DNA from: a virus
Taxonomy: Duplodnaviria > Caudoviricetes
Length of the DNA stretch: 63,032 bases
Virus record (IMG/VR): IMGVR_UViG_3300010373_000009
Span: 1 to 63,032 of that record
Reading direction: 5' to 3' (one strand)
The translations under genes were made by a program, and so were the position numbers. Under the pieces are notes generated by a model. It worked only from the letters and a program-made list of their open reading frames with translations, made no database searches and was not told the DNA's origin. Shown piece after piece: positions 56,744 to 63,032 of the stretch. Numbering within the stretch: position 1 is the first letter of the stretch; every line of letters starts with the position of its first letter.

Positions 56744-57322
56744 ATGGAGCAATCCGTCCGTAATATTTATGTTGAGTCTGGCGCTGGAGAAGAGTCCTAT
56801 AAGGGCTATAAACCAGCGCTCTGCTTCCGAGGTCGCAAGCATGTGCATTGCGTTATCAACGACGAGACCCGGGTCAGGGTCATTACGATCGAGATTAAAG
56901 ACTACGACAGGGCGAGTCTCGTTCCTTTCCACGGTTCCGAGTATCCTATCGAACGTTTCAAGAGAACTATGCTATCTGTGGGCGCCCGCAAGGGGATTAC
57001 TGCCCGCGCCGCCCTGCTCCTGCGCCTGCCAAACGGTGCCGAGGAGCCGGAAGAGCTACCCCCGGACGACCCGGTAAACCCCGCGCCGGCCTTAGCCTCC
57101 GCTCCGGAGCCGGCCAAGGCGCGGCGGACCCTTACCCTACCGCCCCCCGACCCGGCGAAAGCCGCCAAGGCGGTCGGTGCTGCCGCCGATCGGGGGACCC
57201 TAGTCGCTCGCATTGCTGCCGAGCTAAGGATCACCCCCCAGCAGCTTAGGGTTAAGCTTCGGGCCAATGGGTTACGCGCTCCCTATACCGATGAGCAGAA
57301 GCTTCGGACTGCTCTGAAATGA
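56744..57322 (+). CDS. Hypothetical protein with C-terminal HTH-like domain
   Basis: Start MEQSV after a GGGGG RBS. Pro/Ala linker, then ARIAAELRITPQQLRVKLR. Confidence 0.7.
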   Translation: MEQSVRNIYVESGAGEESYKGYKPALCFRGRKHVHCVINDETRVRVITIEIKDYDRASLVPFHGSEYPIERFKRTMLSVGARKGITARAALLLRLPNGAEEPEELPPDDPVNPAPALASAPEPAKARRTLTLPPPDPAKAAKAVGAAADRGTLVARIAAELRITPQQLRVKLRANGLRAPYTDEQKLRTALK

Positions 57323-57507
57323 CCAACTTTGAAGCGGCTCTCGCAACGGTAGAGCGCTGGCGTTGTCCCGAGTGCCGAGGTCGAGGCAAGAAGGATGATG
57401 GGGAACCTGGTGACTCGTACTACCATGAGTGGAACTGCGATACCTGTCGGGGTACTGGTATACTGAATGCCTCTGTAATAACCGTAACCGTAGAAGCGGG
57501 GGCGTAA
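57319..57507 (+). CDS. Small CxxCxGxG zinc-finger protein
   Basis: CPECRGRG and CDTCRGTG. Confidence 0.7.
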   Translation: MTNFEAALATVERWRCPECRGRGKKDDGEPGDSYYHEWNCDTCRGTGILNASVITVTVEAGA

Positions 57508-57562
57508 TCATTTCTTGAGGACTCTTCGCCTACGGATCGGGCATAACTGTTGAGGTGTTAAT

Positions 57563-58210
57563 ATGGGTTTGGAATTAAAGAAGGGTGATCAGGTAATCTT
57601 CCTGGTTGATCGTTCCGGGTCGATGGCGACCTCGGACTGCAATGGGGATACTCGTTACAACTACGTCCGAGAGACCATCAAGGCTTTCGTGCGTGGGGCG
57701 GCGAAGTACGATCCGGATGGAGTCTCGATTCACTTCTTCAACAATCGAGTCGAGAGCCACGAGGACGTAGCGACTCCGGAGGCTGTCGACCAGCTGATCG
57801 ATACGCATGGCACGGGCGGCGGTACGATGACGGACCTCGCTCTTGCCGCCGCATGGAAGGAGCATCGCCGGAAAGGAAGCTCCGCGAGCTTCGTGGTTTG
57901 CTTTACCGATGGTGACCCGTCCGATCGGGATGCGGTCGAGAAGCAGATCATCAATATCACGAACGCGATGCAATCACCGGAGGAATTCCGCATCATGTTC
58001 CTGACCGTCGGGCAGCGCTCGCCGGAACTCGAAGCATGGTTGGAGCATATCGACTCGTCCCTGACCGGAGCGAAGTACGATATCATCGGCCACGAGGCAG
58101 CCGAGAAGGTGGACTTCGAGGGGGCCATCGCCGATCTGATCGGAAGCTCGACGACGACGGCGGAGGCCGCAGCCGGCGATACGAAAGGCAAATCAACCAG
58201 CCACATCTGA
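57563..58210 (+). CDS. von Willebrand factor A domain protein
   Basis: MIDAS DRSGS, T (GGTMT) and FTDG. GAGGT RBS. Confidence 0.88.
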   Translation: MGLELKKGDQVIFLVDRSGSMATSDCNGDTRYNYVRETIKAFVRGAAKYDPDGVSIHFFNNRVESHEDVATPEAVDQLIDTHGTGGGTMTDLALAAAWKEHRRKGSSASFVVCFTDGDPSDRDAVEKQIINITNAMQSPEEFRIMFLTVGQRSPELEAWLEHIDSSLTGAKYDIIGHEAAEKVDFEGAIADLIGSSTTTAEAAAGDTKGKSTSHI

Positions 58211-58217
58211 CCGTGCC

Positions 58218-58250
58218 GACCCGGGGGTGGCCTTCGCCCCCGGTCTTTTT
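58218..58250 (+). terminator. Rho-independent terminator
   Basis: CCGGGGG/CCCCCGG-type GC stem followed by TCTTTTT. Confidence 0.7.
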
Positions 58251-58269
58251 CAACGGGGGAATCTAAGTC

Positions 58270-58860
58270 ATGCTACTCTTTCCACTTATTCTGCTCGGGT
58301 CTGTGATTTTCCTCGACATCTGTCTATCGGGGGATAATGCCGTCGTCGTAGCGATGGCAGCGAACGCTCTGCCGAAGGAGAGTCGTGATAACGCCATCTT
58401 CCTCGGAATGTCTCTTGCTTGTCTCCTGCGAATCGTTCTCGCGATTGCGGCTACCGCGCTTCTACGCTCTCATATCCTCGCCTTCGTCGGGGGTCTCGCC
58501 CTGCTCTGGGTAGCCTATAGGCTTGGGAAGGACCTCCTAAATAAGGCCGAGGACGAGCCCGGCAAGGTCAAGCCCTGCGGTAGCCTCGGCGGCGCGCTAG
58601 CGACGATTGTCATTGCCGATGCGTCGATGTCTCTCGATAACGTGCTAGCCGTTGCGGCTCTCGCCCGAAACCATCCGTTTATTATGATCCTCGGGATCGC
58701 GGCCTCGATCGCAATGCTGGCCTTCGTCGCACGCAAGATTGCTACACTCCTCGATCGTTACCCCTGGATTAACTGGGTAGGACTAGTCCTGATAGTTTGG
58801 GTAGCCCTCGATATGATCTTCGGGACCTACGATTCCACGCTGATGATGATACGGTCATGA
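58270..58860 (+). CDS. TerC-family (YjbE-like) integral membrane protein
   Basis: DICLSGDNAVVVA, LRI, IADASMSLDNVLAVA and multiple TM helices. Confidence 0.92.
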   Translation: MLLFPLILLGSVIFLDICLSGDNAVVVAMAANALPKESRDNAIFLGMSLACLLRIVLAIAATALLRSHILAFVGGLALLWVAYRLGKDLLNKAEDEPGKVKPCGSLGGALATIVIADASMSLDNVLAVAALARNHPFIMILGIAASIAMLAFVARKIATLLDRYPWINWVGLVLIVWVALDMIFGTYDSTLMMIRS

Positions 58861-58997
58861 GGATTAGCCCCGGACAGTTCATGGGCTTCTAGCTATGGTA
58901 ACCTTCGGCTGCCAGATCGTTACTCCTACCGTCCTAGAGGGCTTCGGGCTTACCTTGATAGCCGATGCATTTCTGATCGCTATAGTGGTTAAGTAAT

Positions 58998-59294
58998 ATG
59001 AGCGCCGAAGACTGGATAGGGGACAGCCACTGGACGGACGAGGACGAAGCCTATGCGGCTGAGTATTTCCGCACCCCTAAACCGAGGAAACTGAAAATGC
59101 ACCGCTACAAGATTCTCGTCGTCATTAGCACGACGGCGGGAGGACTTACTAGCCAGCTCCTGCACTACATCTCCTATGACGACGCCGAGACCGCTTACGA
59201 GGCTCTGAATAAGAGCGAGAAACCTGTCGGTTTGACCGTTAGCTACATCCGACTGTACGAGCGCGAAGAGCGCGGCTGGAGAGAGAAGAGATGA
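58998..59294 (+). CDS. Hypothetical protein
   Basis: 98-aa ORF coupled to the next gene. Confidence 0.55.
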   Translation: MSAEDWIGDSHWTDEDEAYAAEYFRTPKPRKLKMHRYKILVVISTTAGGLTSQLLHYISYDDAETAYEALNKSEKPVGLTVSYIRLYEREERGWREKR

Positions 59295-59530
59295 CCTCCC
59301 GTTCGAAGATAGTCTCTGTTTTCGTTCCCTTCGAAGTCTTACCAGAAGGGGGAGAGAAAAAGCGCGATGATCTTCCACGGTTCTTGACTTCTACAGAGAT
59401 CAGGAACTATATCATAGCCAATCGTAACGAACTCGCGAACTGGTTAATCCAATGGAGGGAGCATACGGAGAAGGAGCTGATCGATGAATATTTCGCTGGG
59501 GTGGGTACTCCCGGCTTTCGGAGGCAATAA
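59291..59530 (+). CDS. Hypothetical protein
   Basis: 79-aa ORF with ATGA overlap. Confidence 0.55.
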   Translation: MTSRSKIVSVFVPFEVLPEGGEKKRDDLPRFLTSTEIRNYIIANRNELANWLIQWREHTEKELIDEYFAGVGTPGFRRQ

Positions 59531-59763
59531 CTATGGTAGTCTGGGTCGTCTACGGTTTGGTATTCGGATTCCTGCTCTCGGTCATTGCGATCGTCTGCCG
59601 TGCGCAGCGCCGGCAGCGCCCGAACTACTGGCCTACGCGGGAGACTCGTTCGAGCTTCGCGAGTAGTGATCGCGTCCCGGACTGGAGAGTCCACACCCAG
59701 AAGAAAAGCTGATGTGCGGTCTCGGCCTGCCGTGCGGTAAACCTAGCTGCGAGTGGTATTGTA

Positions 59764-60561
59764 ATGTCGGATATCAGTCTGGATCGAGTAATAGAGGCAC
59801 TGGAGACGTTCCTCCACGCGAATATAGATGTACCTCTCGTCCACCTGAACCGAATCGAAGCGGCGTTCCTACTCGACCACCTGCGCCGCTTACAGCTCTT
59901 TGACGAGCGGGAGACTCGCTTCGCGCAGAGCCGGCACGGCGCGAGCGTTACCGACTGTATAGGGTGGCTATACCTTCAGAAGCGGCACGCCGAGACCGCT
60001 CGCGATACTGCGAGCAATATGGAAGCTCGCATGTTCCAAGCCGTTATCGATCACCTCCAGGAGTTGCATGGCCGACGAGAGAGCGCCGATCGAGCAGCCG
60101 AGGCTAAGCGCCGGGAACAGGAGGAAGCCGCCCGGCGCGCGGAGGCCGAACGGAAAGAGCGCCGGAAGAAGTATGAGGAGGCGAAGTCGAAAACTCAGCA
60201 GGAGTGGGAGGGATTCTTCCGCGACCAATTCGGGTCGGCCTACGCCGACGAGATGTACCGGGCCTTCTATGGTGCAGGCTTTAACTTCAGTGATTTCGCC
60301 ACTGGTCGTCGATCGGGGAGAACTAATAGCTCGGAGGAGTTCCGCTGGAAGCAGGACTCGAAAACTCAAACCCCTCCCCCGCCTATGGGCAAGCTGACGT
60401 GGTACGAGATTCTAGGGGTTAGTGCAAACGCGACGAAGGACCAGATCAGAAGGGCTTATCGTAAGCTCGCCGCGCTACACCACCCGGACCGGCCCGGTGG
60501 CTCGCATGAGAAGATGCGCGATATCAACGCCGCCCGCGACGAGGGTCTAGCCGGCGTGTAG
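59764..60561 (+). CDS. J-domain (DnaJ-like) protein with C-terminal J domain
   Basis: WYEILGV..NAT...IRRAYRKLA..HHPDR.GGS...M..IN.A. Confidence 0.9.
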   Translation: MSDISLDRVIEALETFLHANIDVPLVHLNRIEAAFLLDHLRRLQLFDERETRFAQSRHGASVTDCIGWLYLQKRHAETARDTASNMEARMFQAVIDHLQELHGRRESADRAAEAKRREQEEAARRAEAERKERRKKYEEAKSKTQQEWEGFFRDQFGSAYADEMYRAFYGAGFNFSDFATGRRSGRTNSSEEFRWKQDSKTQTPPPPMGKLTWYEILGVSANATKDQIRRAYRKLAALHHPDRPGGSHEKMRDINAARDEGLAGV

Positions 60562-61213
60562 AGCCGCCCCGCGCTTGGCCGCTTACCAGAGGCATTACCG
60601 TCCGGTCGGTATCAGCATTGACTAGCCCGGTCAGGGTCTGCGATGCTTGCGCGATCCCCTGCCCCCTTCGGAGCTGTTGTGCCGCCTGCTGGACGAGAGG
60701 ATGCTGCATAGCGGTGCGCGAGGAGGTAAGCGCACCGGCCGCGCTCGAAGCATCCCGATTCGCCAGGTGTGTGATTGCGTCCTTGATTGCCGCGATCGCA
60801 TCAGCCCCTAGTCGGACCTCGCCACCGACATCAAATTTCATGCGATAGTTCGGAGCCTTCGCGAGCTTCGCCTGCATCTTCGGTAGCTTCTCCATCGGCC
60901 CCTTTAAGTGGGCGAAGACGTTGCGTGTTACTCCGGCCATCGGAATGTACGGCATCTTCATATGCGTCATATACCCGATGCTTGGCGTATGCATCATCGC
61001 GCGGCCGGCATGCGCCGGGGAGCCGGTAAACTGCTCCAAAGCCGATTCGATCTCGCCACCTTCGGCGTGCATGTACTTACCCTCTGCCTTATCAGCTTCG
61101 TGGAACTCGTGCGCTACGGCGCGCGACGGGAGCTGGTGATTCGGATGCGACGGATGCCATCCGTGATCGATCGCGGACATCAGCATCGCCTGCTTCTTCG
61201 TGGTTGATGGCAT
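60524..61213 (-). CDS. Virion-region protein, last gene of the late arm
   Basis: N-terminal MPS..KKQ..LM.A..H...VA.EF..AD motif, plus HAEGG and FDVGG. Converges on the J-domain gene. Confidence 0.7.
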   Translation of the reverse strand: MPSTTKKQAMLMSAIDHGWHPSHPNHQLPSRAVAHEFHEADKAEGKYMHAEGGEIESALEQFTGSPAHAGRAMMHTPSIGYMTHMKMPYIPMAGVTRNVFAHLKGPMEKLPKMQAKLAKAPNYRMKFDVGGEVRLGADAIAAIKDAITHLANRDASSAAGALTSSRTAMQHPLVQQAAQQLRRGQGIAQASQTLTGLVNADTDRTVMPLVSGQARGGSTRRLDPRRGRR

Positions 61214-61220
61214 AGATCAC

Positions 61221-63032
61221 CTAATGGGATTCGGCTTCCTCGATTACCGGTTCAGAATCGGAGGGCTCCGAGAGCCAGGCCAGGGGTGCCTTCGTCGTCG
61301 GCTGCGATCCGGCCCCCGCCCACCCGGCGAACTGATCGAGAGCTTTGCGAGCCAGGGTACCCTCCTCGGCGAGCCGCGAAGCTGCCATCAGGGGACCGAC
61401 CTGGCCGGCGAGGTCTTCGGCATCTTCCGCGAGGCCCTGTGGCTCGCCGATCCCCGTGTCTTTCTTGACCGCCTGATTAAGCCTACCGAGTCGCGCACTC
61501 GCGTTCCTCGACCACTGGGGATCGAGAGCGTGAATAAGGTCGTGATCGTTCCCGTTCGGCCCGGGCGTGATCTTCATCAGCAATTCTTCGAGCCCGGCCA
61601 TCGAGTCCGGGATCGAGAGCGCTTCGTCTACGATCCCCGGAGGAGTCGCCCCGCTATGAGCGATACCGCCTAAGAAAACGGGGTTTCCGTTCTTATCCGT
61701 TCCATAGAGCTGTTGGGCGCCACGTACCGCAATCCGGGCCTCTGCATCTGGAGATATCTTGATGAGGTCGAGCCCCGGTAGCGGGATGTGATTCCCGTAG
61801 TAGCCGAGACGCTTCGTGTTCTCGATTGCCTGCTTTAGCCAAGCGAGCGCGGAGTGGGTTGATCCTCCGCCCGCGAATGCCTGACGCTTCGAGAGGAAGC
61901 CGGGAGTCAGCGGGTTCCGGATCGGCGCCGGCTGCGCCGTTGCGGCCTTATACAGCGGGTCCTCGGTCGGCTGCTGCAACGGTGACCGCGGTGCATCCGG
62001 ATGACGAGCACCGGCCTCGGCTGCCTGGGCCGCATGTTCGTCTGCAATCTTGTTTAGGTACTTATCTATCAGCTCGCCGATATCCTCGACGACGCCGCCC
62101 GCGCCGTAGGCCGGCATCTGCATTGCGGGCTGATAGAGACGAGCCATCCGATCGAGAGTCATCTCTTGAAGCATTTCAGGGGGCATCTCTTGAAACATCA
62201 TCATCTCGCCTTCCGGTATACCCGGTATCTCCGGCTGTGGAGCGAGGAGGTTCTGTTGCTGCTCCGAGTCGTCGACACTTCCACCATCATCGAAACGTAT
62301 TTCGGCCTCTCCGCCTCTCTTAAAAAAAGGAATGCCCGTTGACTTAATCTTCTCTGCCAGCTCCGGTGTAATCTCCAGTGCGGGGAAGGTCTTCGTTTCC
62401 TGGCCCGTAACGTCGTGAGAGTGTAAACCTTGCCAGATAGAGTGAGCTTGATCTAAGTGCTCTGATAACCTCTGTGCTTCCGTATTCCACTCCCGAGGCG
62501 ACATGTAGTCATTCGGATTCATCGCCGAAATTTCATCCCCGTACTCATCTACATACGGTTCATCTCCGTGCAAACTATGTTCATGGGCTATAGAGTCGTA
62601 ATTATTTAGCGTATCCAGTGCCTTTTGTGCATTAGTAAGATGATGTCGTAGAGAAGCCGTTTCTGCATTAGGACCTCCCATCTGGGTAATCATCCTTTCA
62701 AAAGCACTTCCGTGCCATTCCCCTCCCATCTGATAATGGGAAAGTAGCTCAGAGGGCGTATCATAGCCTAGCTCTTCGAGAAGGGGTATGCGTGGAGCTT
62801 GCACCTCCTCTCGTGAGGCTATCTGCAACGGCAAATCCTTAATGTCTGTCCCGTACATACGAGCGAGCTTGCGGAGTGCCGAAGGGTAGACATTCCCATA
62901 GACATGCTGCATACCGGCATCGCGGCCCTCTTCCGTCCCGTACCTGTCTATCTGGGATTGAGGATCGATCAACGCGAGATAACGGTCACCCTGCTGGATA
63001 GAGTTAAGAAGTTGTTTCTTTAGTTCCAGCAA
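61221..63032 (-). CDS. C-terminal part of the junction-spanning large virion protein (see 1..1137)
   Basis: Frame open to the window end and continuous through the terminal repeat. Contains FKRGG, FDDGG, YGAGG and FAGGG. Confidence 0.85.
   Translation of the reverse strand: MLELKKQLLNSIQQGDRYLALIDPQSQIDRYGTEEGRDAGMQHVYGNVYPSALRKLARMYGTDIKDLPLQIASREEVQAPRIPLLEELGYDTPSELLSHYQMGGEWHGSAFERMITQMGGPNAETASLRHHLTNAQKALDTLNNYDSIAHEHSLHGDEPYVDEYGDEISAMNPNDYMSPREWNTEAQRLSEHLDQAHSIWQGLHSHDVTGQETKTFPALEITPELAEKIKSTGIPFFKRGGEAEIRFDDGGSVDDSEQQQNLLAPQPEIPGIPEGEMMMFQEMPPEMLQEMTLDRMARLYQPAMQMPAYGAGGVVEDIGELIDKYLNKIADEHAAQAAEAGARHPDAPRSPLQQPTEDPLYKAATAQPAPIRNPLTPGFLSKRQAFAGGGSTHSALAWLKQAIENTKRLGYYGNHIPLPGLDLIKISPDAEARIAVRGAQQLYGTDKNGNPVFLGGIAHSGATPPGIVDEALSIPDSMAGLEELLMKITPGPNGNDHDLIHALDPQWSRNASARLGRLNQAVKKDTGIGEPQGLAEDAEDLAGQVGPLMAASRLAEEGTLARKALDQFAGWAGAGSQPTTKAPLAWLSEPSDSEPVIEEAESH
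62910..63032. repeat. Terminal direct repeat, right copy
   Basis: Identical to 1-123. Confidence 0.97.

Noticed and set aside
62910-63032. 123-bp repeat as a biological terminal repeat
   Set aside because: It falls mid-gene and its length suits an assembler overlap. It shows circularity or permutation, not physical ends.
1-63032. Integrase/lysogeny module, alternative genetic code, dZ or 7-deazaguanine pathways
   Set aside because: No recombinase, purZ or folE/queC/dpdA-like motifs were recognised. The standard code gives full-length genes with all three stops in use.

Overview
The window is a complete, circularly assembled dsDNA tailed-phage genome of about 62.9 kb. Bases 1-123 are identical to 62910-63032, and one ORF of about 941 aa reads through that join. 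There are two divergent arms around an AT-rich non-coding region at about 34750-35820. The minus-strand arm carries packaging and virion genes with a podovirus-like layout: TerS, TerL, portal, GroES-like protein, scaffold, major capsid, adaptor/nozzle-like proteins, fibres, M15 endolysin and large internal/ejection proteins. The plus-strand arm carries small early genes, a nucleotide-metabolism block, replication/recombination genes and accessory genes. The nucleotide block holds a dNMP kinase, an all-alpha dNTP pyrophosphatase, three thymidylate-synthase-fold genes, an NDT-fold protein, a dCMP deaminase and a family-4 UDG fused to PolA. Accessory genes include DUF2829/Tad2-like, KGG-repeat, vWA, TerC and J-domain proteins. 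I saw no integrase. Best candidates for new biology: (1) the triple-TS cluster, with an Asp at the dCMP-specifying site, suggesting an unusual cytosine-based DNA modification pathway; (2) a recurrent aromatic-x-x-Gly-Gly motif across five unrelated virion-region proteins; (3) signal-peptide-bearing, Cys-paired fibre-like proteins inside the capsid operon; (4) a roughly 310-nt highly structured intergenic RNA and an aberrant tRNA-like element. All assignments come from motif recognition by eye; no database search was run.
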